A program made the position numbers and the translations under genes. A stretch of DNA of 64,000 bases from an uncultured virus (IMG/VR IMGVR_UViG_3300021426_000069) (taxonomy: Duplodnaviria; Heunggongvirae; Uroviricota; Caudoviricetes): the IMG/VR virus record IMGVR_UViG_3300021426_000069. One strand, written 5' to 3'. Under the pieces are notes generated by a model. That model was not told the origin of the DNA and searched no databases. It worked only from the letters and a program-made list of their open reading frames with translations. Shown here one piece after another: positions 34,580 through 44,442 of this stretch; position 1 is the first letter of the stretch; each line of letters opens with the position of its first letter.

Positions 34580-36921
34580 TGATAACAAATGATTTAGTAC
34601 ACGAATTAGGAACGAACTTTATTGAATATGCTGTTGCTGTTAATACAGATCGTGCTATTCCTGACGCATTATCTGGACTTAAACCAGTAGCAAAAAGAAT
34701 ATTATGGTCATCTTTTGAAAGCGGAAGAACATATTCTAAACCCCATGTAAAAGCGGCTAGAATAGTCGGAGATGTTATGGGTAAGTATCACCCACATGGA
34801 GATAGTTCTATTTATGGAGCTATGGTTAGATTATCTCAAGATTGGGTTATGAGATATCCTCTTATAGATTGGCATGGTAATAATGGTAATATCGCAGGAG
34901 ATGGACCAGCTGCAGCTCGTTATACAGAAGCAAGACTTTCAAAAATTGCTGAAGATGGAATGTTAGCTGGAATTAAAAAGAATAATGTAGATTTTGTTCT
35001 TAACTACTCTGAAGATGCAGATGAACCAGTTACTTTACCTGCTATATTCCCTAACTTATTATGTAATCCAAATAGCGGAATTGGTGTCGCAATGGCATGT
35101 AATTGGCTACCTCATAACTTAAAAGAAGTAGCTCAAGCAATTTATGATTATATGGATGGTAAAGAACCTATGTTACCAGGACCAGATTTTCCAACAGGCG
35201 GAATTGTTATAAATAAAAATGATATTCCAGCAATAATGAAAACTGGACATGGAAGTGTAAAAGTTAGAGCAAGATATAAAGTTGAAAAAGGTAATTTAGT
35301 ATTCTATGAAATTCCTTATGGAACAACAATAGAAGGATTAATGAGTGAAATTGGTGCTGTTTGTGACGCTAAAGAAATCGAAGGAATTGCGGAAATCCGT
35401 GATGAAAGTAATAAAAAAGGTTTAAGAATAGTTGTCATATGTCAAAAAGGTATAGATCCTGACTCAATCGCAAAGAAATTATATTTAAAAACTAATTTAC
35501 AAACTTCTATATCATATAATCAAGTTGCATTAATTGATAAAACTCCAACTGAATTAAACTTAAAACAATGTATAAAACTTTATGTAGACCATAATGTAAA
35601 TTGTGTTGTGAAAGAGGCAACCTTTGATTTAGCAAAAGCAAAAGCAAGACAAGAAATTGTTGATGGTTTATTACGAGCTTTAGAAGATATAGATAACATA
35701 ATTGCTTTTATTAAAAAATCTGCAAGCAGTGCTGCCGCAAAAGAAGGTTTAATTAAAGAATATAAATTTACTGAACCTCAAGCAAAAGCAATTATAGATA
35801 TGAAACTAGGAAAATTAGCAAGTCTTGAAAAAGTAGAATTAAATGAAGAAAAAGCTGAATTAGATAAATCAATAATCGAATTATCTCATTTAATTGAAAG
35901 TAGAGAAGATCAAGAGAGAACTGTTCGTGAAAGACTTGAATCTATTGTTAAAAAATACGGAGATGATAGAAGAACAGAACTAGATCATATCGAAATCAAG
36001 CCAGAAGAAAAAGAGATTGAAACAGTTACTCCTGAAGATGTAGTTGTAATCATATCTAATTCTGGAGAAATCAAAAGAGTTGCAAAATCTAGCTTTAGAG
36101 TACAAAGAAAAGGCGGAAAGGGCGTTAAGACAGAAGACGACGCGATCCTTGACACAATAGCAACAAATACAATAGATACATTATTAGCTTTCACTAATAC
36201 AGGAAAAATGTATAGATTATTAGTTGATAATATACCAGCTGGAACAAATGCATCAAAAGGCGTTGGTATTGGTAGCCTTATAAATATGGAACCTACTGAA
36301 AAAGTAATTGCCGTAACAACATTAGAAAGAAAGAATAATAAAAAATATGTTATATTCATAACTAAAAAAGGACTTTTAAAGAAAACTTTATTAGAAGAAT
36401 ACATTAAAACTAAGAGAAGTACAGGAATTGCGGCAATCAAAATAAAAGATGGAGATAGTATCGCTAATATCGAAATCATGGATGAAGAAGAAATGATAAT
36501 TATAACTAAAAAAGGTCAATGTATCCATATAGATACTAAAGATGTTTCTGCAATAGGAAGAGCTACATCAGGAATTAAAGCAATAAAACTAGCAGAAGAC
36601 GATGAAGTATTAGTTGGATTACCTATAATAGATAAAAATGAACAATTAGCAGTATTTACAAAATATGGATATGGAAAGAAAACTCATTTAGATGAATTTC
36701 CACTTCAAGGCAAAAATGGAAAAGGAGTAATCATATATAAAGAAACTCCTGGAACAGGTCCAGTAGTAGGTGCAGCAATGGTTTCAGAAACTGATAATTT
36801 ATTATTGTCAGGTAAGAACGCAATTTGCATAGCCGCTAATGAAGTCCCTCTATTAGGACGTACTGCAACTGGAAATATTATGATTAAGCAAGGCGAAATA
36901 GGCTCTATTATAAAATTATAA
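34579..36921 (+). CDS. gyrA: DNA gyrase subunit A
   Basis: GLKPV, YHPHGD, AAARYT, GyrA box QRKGGKG, beta-pinwheel repeats. Confidence 0.95.
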   Translation: MITNDLVHELGTNFIEYAVAVNTDRAIPDALSGLKPVAKRILWSSFESGRTYSKPHVKAARIVGDVMGKYHPHGDSSIYGAMVRLSQDWVMRYPLIDWHGNNGNIAGDGPAAARYTEARLSKIAEDGMLAGIKKNNVDFVLNYSEDADEPVTLPAIFPNLLCNPNSGIGVAMACNWLPHNLKEVAQAIYDYMDGKEPMLPGPDFPTGGIVINKNDIPAIMKTGHGSVKVRARYKVEKGNLVFYEIPYGTTIEGLMSEIGAVCDAKEIEGIAEIRDESNKKGLRIVVICQKGIDPDSIAKKLYLKTNLQTSISYNQVALIDKTPTELNLKQCIKLYVDHNVNCVVKEATFDLAKAKARQEIVDGLLRALEDIDNIIAFIKKSASSAAAKEGLIKEYKFTEPQAKAIIDMKLGKLASLEKVELNEEKAELDKSIIELSHLIESREDQERTVRERLESIVKKYGDDRRTELDHIEIKPEEKEIETVTPEDVVVIISNSGEIKRVAKSSFRVQRKGGKGVKTEDDAILDTIATNTIDTLLAFTNTGKMYRLLVDNIPAGTNASKGVGIGSLINMEPTEKVIAVTTLERKNNKKYVIFITKKGLLKKTLLEEYIKTKRSTGIAAIKIKDGDSIANIEIMDEEEMIIITKKGQCIHIDTKDVSAIGRATSGIKAIKLAEDDEVLVGLPIIDKNEQLAVFTKYGYGKKTHLDEFPLQGKNGKGVIIYKETPGTGPVVGAAMVSETDNLLLSGKNAICIAANEVPLLGRTATGNIMIKQGEIGSIIKL

Positions 36922-36931
36922 GGAGGATTTT

Positions 36932-37150
36932 ATGGATAAGAAAGAAACAAGTAATATCACTGTTGGATATTATCATGCTTTAGATGAAAAACAAATCACA
37001 ATTCCCCTAGAAGAATATAAAGAATTGTTAATTATAAAAGGAAAATATGAAGAATTAAAATCACAATATCCTTGTTATAAACCTACAATTACTTTTACTG
37101 GCGGAAACGATGACTATGGTCTAGAAGAACCATATAAGGTAACCTGCTAA
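36932..37150 (+). CDS. hypothetical protein
   Basis: AAGGAGG RBS. Confidence 0.65.
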   Translation: MDKKETSNITVGYYHALDEKQITIPLEEYKELLIIKGKYEELKSQYPCYKPTITFTGGNDDYGLEEPYKVTC

Positions 37151-37211
37151 AGGTTACCTTATTTGATATTTTTTAAAAATAATGATATAATATTTATATA
37201 AAGGAGTTGAG

Positions 37212-39161
37212 ATGACTATGGAACTTTCAAAAATTAAAGAATTGGTTGAAAAATTAAATTATTATACTAAACTTTATGATGAAGGCCGCCCAGAAATTTC
37301 TGATAAAGAATGGGATGATATGTACTTTGAGCTTCAAGAAATGGAAAGAGAAAGCGGAATTTATTTAGAAGATAGCCCTACTCAAAGAGTTAATTTTCAA
37401 GTTGTAAATAAATTAAACAAAGTAAAACATAATCACCCTATGTTATCACTTGATAAAACTAAATCAATAGATGCAATTAAATCTTTTTTAGATAATAAAG
37501 ATTGTATTTGTATGGCTAAAATGGATGGTTTAACTTGTTCATTAAGATATGTCGATGGTAAACTTGTATCTGCAGAAACTCGCGGAAATGGTATTGAAGG
37601 AGAAGATATTCTTCATAATGCTTTACAAGTAAAAAATATTCCTAATAAAATTAACTATAAAGAAGAATTAATTATAGATGGAGAAATAATTTGTACTTAT
37701 AATGATTTTAAAGATTTTGAAAAAGAATATAAAAATCCTAGAAATTTTGCAAGTGGTAGTATTAGATTATTAGATAGTAAAGAAAGTGCTTCAAGAAATC
37801 TTACTTTTGTAGCATGGGATTGTATTAAGGGATTAAATGATAATTCATTATTTAACAAATTAGTTAATTTGAAATCTCTAGGTTTTACTATTGTTCCTAA
37901 TATTATTGTTGATGATTTATTTCCTTCTTGGAATAAGTTAGAAAAACAAATAGAAAAATTAAAAGATAATTGTAAATCTTTAGGTTATCCAATTGATGGA
38001 CTTGTTTTTAAGTATGATAATTGTGATGAATATACTGCCGCTGGTAAAACAGACCATCATTTTAAAGGTGGATTAGCATATAAATTCTACGATGAAGAAT
38101 ATGAAACAACATTAAGAAATGTAGAATGGACTATGGGAAGAACAGGAGTTCTTACTCCTGTGGCTCTATTAGAACCTATAAATATTGATGGTAGTGAAGT
38201 ATCTAGAGCTAGTCTTCATAATATTAGTATTATGGATGAACTAGGAATTAGATACCAAGATACAAAAGTGATGGTTTATAAAGCAAATATGATTATTCCT
38301 CAAATATCTAGGGTACTACCTTACGAAGGAGAAATCGCAAGTTTAATTAATATTCCTGCCGTATGTCCTATTTGCGGAGAACCTACGATTATAAAAGGTG
38401 AAAATGGAGTAAGAGTTTTGTATTGCTCTAACCCTAGTTGTGAAGGAAAACTAATCAATCGTTTAGACCATTTCTTTGGAAAGAAGGGCTTAGATGCAAA
38501 AGGATTATCAAAGGCAACCTTTGAAAAACTTATTGATTGGGGTTGGGTTGAAAATATTAAAGATGTTTTCAAACTTCAAGAACATAAAAAAGAATGGGAA
38601 AAGATGCAAGGATTTGGTGAGAAGTCTGTTGAAAAAATACTACAAGCCATCGAAGATTGTAAATCTTGTTCTCTTGAAGCCGTCATCTCTGCAGCGGGTA
38701 TCCCTCTTATTGGAAGAACAGTCGGAAAAGATTTATCCAAAAGATTTGGGACTTACTCTGAATTCAGAGAAGCCGTTGAAAGTGGTTTTGATTTCACGAG
38801 TTTCGGCGGATATGGCTGGGAAATGCACAAAGCAATAAGTGATTTTGATTATAGTGAATTAGATTATATTGTAGATAATTATTTACAAATAAAAGAAAAT
38901 AAAAAAGAAGATAATGAACTAAAATTAAAAGACTTAACTTTTTGTGTAACAGGTAAGGTACACATATGGAAAAATAGAGACAGTTTATCAACTCTTATTG
39001 AGTCCCTAGGTGGTAAAGTTACTGGCTCTGTATCAAAAAATACAAATTACCTAATCAATAATGATATTAATTCTACGTCAGCTAAGAACAAAAAAGCACA
39101 AGAATTGGGTATACCAATCCTGTCAGAAGAAGATTTTCAAAAAATATTTGACATAAATTAA
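37212..39161 (+). CDS. ligA: NAD-dependent DNA ligase
   Basis: HPMLSLDK, KMDG, TRGNG..GED, NPRN, zinc finger, BRCT. Confidence 0.97.
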   Translation: MTMELSKIKELVEKLNYYTKLYDEGRPEISDKEWDDMYFELQEMERESGIYLEDSPTQRVNFQVVNKLNKVKHNHPMLSLDKTKSIDAIKSFLDNKDCICMAKMDGLTCSLRYVDGKLVSAETRGNGIEGEDILHNALQVKNIPNKINYKEELIIDGEIICTYNDFKDFEKEYKNPRNFASGSIRLLDSKESASRNLTFVAWDCIKGLNDNSLFNKLVNLKSLGFTIVPNIIVDDLFPSWNKLEKQIEKLKDNCKSLGYPIDGLVFKYDNCDEYTAAGKTDHHFKGGLAYKFYDEEYETTLRNVEWTMGRTGVLTPVALLEPINIDGSEVSRASLHNISIMDELGIRYQDTKVMVYKANMIIPQISRVLPYEGEIASLINIPAVCPICGEPTIIKGENGVRVLYCSNPSCEGKLINRLDHFFGKKGLDAKGLSKATFEKLIDWGWVENIKDVFKLQEHKKEWEKMQGFGEKSVEKILQAIEDCKSCSLEAVISAAGIPLIGRTVGKDLSKRFGTYSEFREAVESGFDFTSFGGYGWEMHKAISDFDYSELDYIVDNYLQIKENKKEDNELKLKDLTFCVTGKVHIWKNRDSLSTLIESLGGKVTGSVSKNTNYLINNDINSTSAKNKKAQELGIPILSEEDFQKIFDIN

Positions 39162-39355
39162 TTTTTATGGTATAATATTATTAGAAAAGATGAGAGAAGA
39201 ATATTTAATCTTTTCACAAATTACTAATCAAGAACGAGATAAACAAATAATGTGTCTAGATTAAAGAAATATATTATTGACAAAAAAATAATTTTTTGAT
39301 ATAATATATATGTAATAATAATTACGAATACAACAAAAAGAAGGAGAGAAAGAAA

Positions 39356-39625
39356 ATGTTAAAAGAAAATAGTAAAATCGTATTTAATTATGTAAAAGCT
39401 CATGAAGGAGAAAATATTACTGCAGCTGATATCGCTGAAGGAACTGGATTAGAAGTAAGATCAGTAAACGGAATCGTTACTTCAGCATTCCAAAGAAAAG
39501 GATTAATGGCTAGAAACGCAGCTGAAATCGAATTAGAAGATGGAAGCCACAAAGCAGTTAAATTCATCGTTTTAACAGATGAAGGAAGAAACTTTGATCC
39601 TGAAGCTAAAGAAGACGCTGAATAA
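39356..39625 (+). CDS. winged-helix DNA-binding protein
   Basis: TAADIAE.TG...RSVNG...LTDEG; perfect TTGACA-N17-TATAAT promoter at 39277-39305. Confidence 0.7.
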   Translation: MLKENSKIVFNYVKAHEGENITAADIAEGTGLEVRSVNGIVTSAFQRKGLMARNAAEIELEDGSHKAVKFIVLTDEGRNFDPEAKEDAE

Positions 39626-39649
39626 TTTTAATATAAATAAAGCGAGTGA

Positions 39650-39678
39650 GAGGTGGGAGTAATCCCACCTCCTTTTTT
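39650..39678 (+). terminator. intrinsic terminator
   Basis: GAGGTGGGA/TCCCACCTC hairpin + T tract. Confidence 0.8.
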
Positions 39679-39697
39679 ATTAGAAAGGAAAGTTTTA

Positions 39698-40564
39698 ATG
39701 ATATTTTTTATAATAGGGTTAATCTTATTTATTATTTCTTTATTTTTATTTATTAAAACTAATAAGAAAGTAGAAATAAATAAAGAAATAGAAGAAATTA
39801 ATAAAGGATTAGAAGAAGAAAAACAAAGAAAAGAAAAAGAAATTCAAATGTATGAACAGACAGTCGGACATATGAAAAAAAATATGTCAAATGCTATGTC
39901 TGTTTATTCTGACCAATTAGATTTATTATATAATGAAAAAGAAAAAGAATATGATGCAAGAGTAGCTAGATTAGAAGAGGCATATGACCAATCCCAACAA
40001 GGAATATTAGAAAAAATCGAGTATAATAAAAAAGAACTCGATAAAATCGCTTCAACCCGTGCTGCCGCAATTAATGCTCAACTTAAAGAGCAGGAAATCA
40101 AAGAGAATAAAGACTTTTACACTTTAACTATTCCTGATGTTGAAAAGAGAGAAATAAAAATTATCAAAAGTATAGAAGATATGTTAAGAGATCCCCGCCC
40201 ACTTAGAATGTTGATATGGAGTACTTATTATCTTAAAAAAGCAAATACTTTATGTAGTAATGTTCTAGGCCCAAATAAAAAGACTGGGATCTATAAAATT
40301 ACAAGTCTAATTGATGGTAGGTGTTATATAGGGCAGGCGGTAGATGTAAAAGAGCGTTTCCGCGATCATATGAAAGCCGGTTTAGGAATTGATGCCCCTC
40401 AAAATAAATTTTACGAAATAATGCAACAACAGGGATTAGAGAATTTCACTTTTGAATTACTTGAAGAGTGCCCAAAAGATGAATTAAACGAAAAAGAAAA
40501 ATTTTATATAGAATTATATAAAAGTTATGATTATGGTTTAAATAGTACAAGAGGTAATAATTAA
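39698..40564 (+). CDS. membrane-anchored coiled-coil protein with C-terminal GIY-YIG domain
   Basis: N-terminal TM helix, long coiled coil, GIYKI...YIGQ...R...H...E..YI......GLN. Confidence 0.8.
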   Translation: MIFFIIGLILFIISLFLFIKTNKKVEINKEIEEINKGLEEEKQRKEKEIQMYEQTVGHMKKNMSNAMSVYSDQLDLLYNEKEKEYDARVARLEEAYDQSQQGILEKIEYNKKELDKIASTRAAAINAQLKEQEIKENKDFYTLTIPDVEKREIKIIKSIEDMLRDPRPLRMLIWSTYYLKKANTLCSNVLGPNKKTGIYKITSLIDGRCYIGQAVDVKERFRDHMKAGLGIDAPQNKFYEIMQQQGLENFTFELLEECPKDELNEKEKFYIELYKSYDYGLNSTRGNN

Positions 40565-40629
40565 AAGAATTAATTTGATAAAATATAAAAAATATAATAT
40601 AATATAAATAGAAAAGGAGAAAAGATATT

Positions 40630-41268
40630 ATGTGGCATATAACAAATACTAAAAACCCTCAAAATTGGAGAGATACATATGTAAATAAAACTTTTACTAA
40701 TTTTGATGGAAACCTTGAACAGCTTTATACATCTATTGAGGTAACAAGTCATTTAAATCGAGAATTCTATTTAGATAACATTACTCCAACAATAGCCAAT
40801 CAATTTGATAAATTTGTACGCTTTTGGAATAATGTAGACGAAGATAGTATAATGACTCAAAGAGAACCTATTAAACTTTATATTGATTCACGTGGAGGTT
40901 CTTTATCTGCGGCATTGACTATTATAGACACTATCAAACTATCTAGAACTCCAGTTTATACAGTAAATATTGGAAATGTATTTAAAGAAGCTTTTTATAT
41001 TTATTTAGCTGGATTAAAAAGATATTCTTATCCTAGAGCATCTTTCTATTATGAAAAAGATTTAGCATTTTTTAATTTAGGAGAGGCTCAATCTAACTAT
41101 GAGGATTTCATAAAAGAGCAACAAACTGAATTACATGATATGCTTATGGAAGGAACAAAAGTAACTGAATCTGACTATGAAAAACGTAACGGATGGTGGT
41201 TAACTCCTGAAAAGGCATACAACCTACATATTTGTAATGAAGTGCTTCGATCAAAACATATAGCCTAA
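40630..41268 (+). CDS. ClpP-like protein, catalytic residues apparently lost
   Basis: PIKLYIDS.GG, IIDTI...PVYTVNIG, LAG.KRY..P.A.F, W.TPE.A. Confidence 0.75.
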   Translation: MWHITNTKNPQNWRDTYVNKTFTNFDGNLEQLYTSIEVTSHLNREFYLDNITPTIANQFDKFVRFWNNVDEDSIMTQREPIKLYIDSRGGSLSAALTIIDTIKLSRTPVYTVNIGNVFKEAFYIYLAGLKRYSYPRASFYYEKDLAFFNLGEAQSNYEDFIKEQQTELHDMLMEGTKVTESDYEKRNGWWLTPEKAYNLHICNEVLRSKHIA

Positions 41269-41346
41269 TTCTACAATTATGGCTCTTTTGTTGATAAAAA
41301 TTAAAAAATATGATATAATATAATTAGAAAGGAAAGGTAAGAGAAA

Positions 41347-41703
41347 ATGGAAAAAGAAATTAAAGAATTTTTAGAACAACATTTTAATCATACTGTTGAT
41401 AATTATGAGTTCAACCAAGAAGATATAAATAAGTTAATAGCAATGTTTAAAGGCGGAAATGGCTCAAAAACATTCACAGAGAACGGGCTTAAAATTTTTA
41501 AATGTATGAGAGAAAATGAGCAAAAATATATAAATGTTTTCAAAGCAAAAGAAATTGGAGAACTGTTGTTTATGACACCTCGTTCAGTTTCAGGTTCAAT
41601 GAAGAAATTAATTGCTGATGGCTTCGTAGAAAAGGTTGGTGCCAACCCTGTTGCATATGGGTTAACTGAACTAGGAAAATCGTATGAGTTTGACAAAGAA
41701 TAA
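41347..41703 (+). CDS. winged-helix DNA-binding protein (related to 39356..39625)
   Basis: TENG.KI, AKEIGE.L...PRSVSG.MKKL...G, LTELG. Confidence 0.7.
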   Translation: MEKEIKEFLEQHFNHTVDNYEFNQEDINKLIAMFKGGNGSKTFTENGLKIFKCMRENEQKYINVFKAKEIGELLFMTPRSVSGSMKKLIADGFVEKVGANPVAYGLTELGKSYEFDKE

Positions 41704-41764
41704 AAATTTTGATATAATATTTATATAAGTTTGAAGAAAAAGAGAAAAGGAGAAGAAAAGTATT

Positions 41765-42700
41765 ATGAAAAAAATGATTAACACAGAAAGAATTGAAGGA
41801 AGAGTTTATCAACATAATTTAACTATTAAAACAGTTCAAAATCAAACTTCAGCAAACTTTGGAAAAGAATTTATCTCAGGTCAATTAGAAGTTGCAGTAG
41901 ATGAAGAAGGATTAAATATTATCCCAGTTCACTACACATATGTAACTGAAACTACATCTGCAGGTAATAAAAATGCAACTTATGCAAACTTAAAAAAGAT
42001 AATTGATGAAGGAAAAACTTGGATTGCAAATGGTAAAGATGAAGCTCAAAAAGTTAGAATTGATACAGCTATCGCATTAAATGACTTCTATACAGGAGAA
42101 AATAATGATGAATTAGTATCTGTAAAAACTAATGAAGGTGGATTTGTAACTTTAATTAATGAACTAGGAGCAGAAGGAGAAAGAAATACATTCTCAGCTG
42201 ACATGGTAATCACAGGAGTAAAAGAAGTAGAAGCAAACGAAGAAAGAAACGAAGATGCTTATGTAACTGTAAAAGGTGCAATTTTCAACTTCAGAAAATC
42301 ATTATTACCAGTTGAATTCACAGTTAGACATAAAGATGGAATGAAATATTTCTTAGATTTAGAAGTATCTAATTCAGCTCCAATCTTCACAAAAGTTTGG
42401 GGAAAAATTGAATGTATGAATATTCCAGTTGAAATTAAAGAAGATTCTGCATTTGGTGAAGAGTCAGTAAGAACTTATACAAGAAAAACAAAAGCATGGA
42501 ACATCACAGGAACTGCAAAAGTACCTTATGATTTTGGAGATGAAAAAATATTAACAAGTGAAGAATTAACAAAAGCTATGCAAGATAGACAAACTTTATT
42601 AGCAGAAATTAAAACTCGTAGCGATGAATATAGAGCTCAAAAAGCAGCTTCAGCTTCAACACATGTAACAACTGCAGCACCAGGCGGATTTAATTTCTAA
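41765..42700 (+). CDS. phage single-stranded DNA-binding protein (putative, tandem OB folds)
   Basis: beta-rich duplicated architecture, C-terminal ...FNF tail, position before recombinase and helicase. Confidence 0.6.
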   Translation: MKKMINTERIEGRVYQHNLTIKTVQNQTSANFGKEFISGQLEVAVDEEGLNIIPVHYTYVTETTSAGNKNATYANLKKIIDEGKTWIANGKDEAQKVRIDTAIALNDFYTGENNDELVSVKTNEGGFVTLINELGAEGERNTFSADMVITGVKEVEANEERNEDAYVTVKGAIFNFRKSLLPVEFTVRHKDGMKYFLDLEVSNSAPIFTKVWGKIECMNIPVEIKEDSAFGEESVRTYTRKTKAWNITGTAKVPYDFGDEKILTSEELTKAMQDRQTLLAEIKTRSDEYRAQKAASASTHVTTAAPGGFNF

Positions 42701-42769
42701 GATAAAAATTAACTAACTAAAGGGCGGCATCCCGTCGTCCTTATTTTTTAATAAGAAGGAGAGATAAAA

Positions 42770-43792
42770 ATGGCAATAGATATTTTTAATATTCAACCTC
42801 ACCAAGTTAGTTATAATTTAAAGGGATATTCAGTTTTCTTTTATGGAGATCCAAAGACTGGTAAAACAACGACTGCCGCTCGTTTCCCTCATTCATTATT
42901 ACTAGCTTTTGAAAAAGGTTATATGGCTATTCCTGGAATTATGGCTCAACCTATTAATAACTGGGCTGAATTCAAAAAGGTTTTACGCCAATTAAAAGAA
43001 GATAAAGCAAAAGAAATGTTTGAAACTATTATAATCGATACTGCGGACATTGCTTATGATTATGTAACAAAATATATATGTGATAATGCGAAACGTTCAG
43101 ATGGAAGTTTCGGAGTAGACAGTATTAGTGATATTCCTTTTGGTAAGGGGTATGGTCAAGTTGCACAAGAATTCGATGAAAGTTTAAGAAGCATCGTACA
43201 AATGGGATATGGCTTAGTATTAATCAGCCATGCAACTGATAAAACTTTTACTGATGAACAAGGACAAGAATATAATAAAATTGTTCCAACTCTTGATAAA
43301 AGAGCAACAAATATTGTTTCTCGTATGACAGATATAATTGGATACTCAAGAGTAGTAACAAATGATAAAGGAGAACTTGAAACTAAATTATTTATGAGAG
43401 GTACTCCAAGATATATGGCTGGATCTAGATTCAAATATACTCCAGAATATATTGATTTTAGTTATGATAATCTTGTAAAAGCAATAGGTGAAGCTATTGA
43501 CAAACAAGCTAACGAAGATGGAAAAGAATTCTTCACAGAGGAAAAATCTAACGCATATCAAGACACTACCAAAGAACTTGATTTTGACGAACTTGTATCT
43601 ACTTTCAACAACATCGTAAGTGGAATCATCGAATCAGCTGGTGAAGAAAAATTCGTAGCTGAATGGCAACCTAAAATTGTTCAAATCACAGATAAATATC
43701 TAGGACGCGGAAATAAGGTTAATCAATGTGATAGAAACCAAGTTGAAGCAATCAGTTTAATCGTATCAGATTTACAAGACCTAGTTAAATAA
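42770..43792 (+). CDS. AAA_24 / Sak4-like P-loop ATPase
   Basis: YGDPKTGKTT, EKG, IIIDT, LISH. Confidence 0.8.
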   Translation: MAIDIFNIQPHQVSYNLKGYSVFFYGDPKTGKTTTAARFPHSLLLAFEKGYMAIPGIMAQPINNWAEFKKVLRQLKEDKAKEMFETIIIDTADIAYDYVTKYICDNAKRSDGSFGVDSISDIPFGKGYGQVAQEFDESLRSIVQMGYGLVLISHATDKTFTDEQGQEYNKIVPTLDKRATNIVSRMTDIIGYSRVVTNDKGELETKLFMRGTPRYMAGSRFKYTPEYIDFSYDNLVKAIGEAIDKQANEDGKEFFTEEKSNAYQDTTKELDFDELVSTFNNIVSGIIESAGEEKFVAEWQPKIVQITDKYLGRGNKVNQCDRNQVEAISLIVSDLQDLVK

Positions 43793-43908
43793 GAGAGATA
43801 AAAGGAGATGAAAAAGAGAAGATATATTATATGCAACTATCTTCTCTTTTTTGATTATTTTATTAAATTATGATATAATATTTATGTAAGGAAAAGAAGG
43901 TGTTGAAT

Positions 43909-44442
43909 ATGGCAGCAACGCGTATGGTTAAATGTAAATATTGCGGAATCCAATTTAATAGAAATGCAGAACCTTTTGTCGAAGTGGGCGGACGTCGTTA
44001 TGCCCATAAAGAATGTGCTGAAAAATATCAACAATCTATATCTCAAGAAGAACGAGATTATATGGAGTTAGAAAAATACATTAAAAAACTTTTTAAGAAA
44101 AATGTTGTAAGTGCAAGAATTAAAAAGCAAATAAAAGATTTTAAACAAGAATATAAATATACTTATTCTGGGATGCAAAAAACATTATATTGGTGGTTTG
44201 AATTAAAACACAATTCAATAGAAAAAGCAAATGATGGAATAGGTATTGTACCTTTTGTTTATAATGATGCTTTAAACTACTTTTATAATCTATATTTAGC
44301 GGATATAGCAAATAAAGCAGCACCTGAAAAAATTAAAAAGCCAGAGGTTCAAGAAATTGAAATTGGATCTCCGAGAGTATATGTAGCGCCGCCAAAGTTA
44401 TTTGATTTTGGTGAAGAAAGTATTGGTGAGAAGAATGAGTAA
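43909..44442 (+). CDS. hypothetical zinc-binding replication-associated protein
   Basis: CKYC...H..C, GIGIVP motif, directly upstream of helicase. Confidence 0.65.
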   Translation: MAATRMVKCKYCGIQFNRNAEPFVEVGGRRYAHKECAEKYQQSISQEERDYMELEKYIKKLFKKNVVSARIKKQIKDFKQEYKYTYSGMQKTLYWWFELKHNSIEKANDGIGIVPFVYNDALNYFYNLYLADIANKAAPEKIKKPEVQEIEIGSPRVYVAPPKLFDFGEESIGEKNE

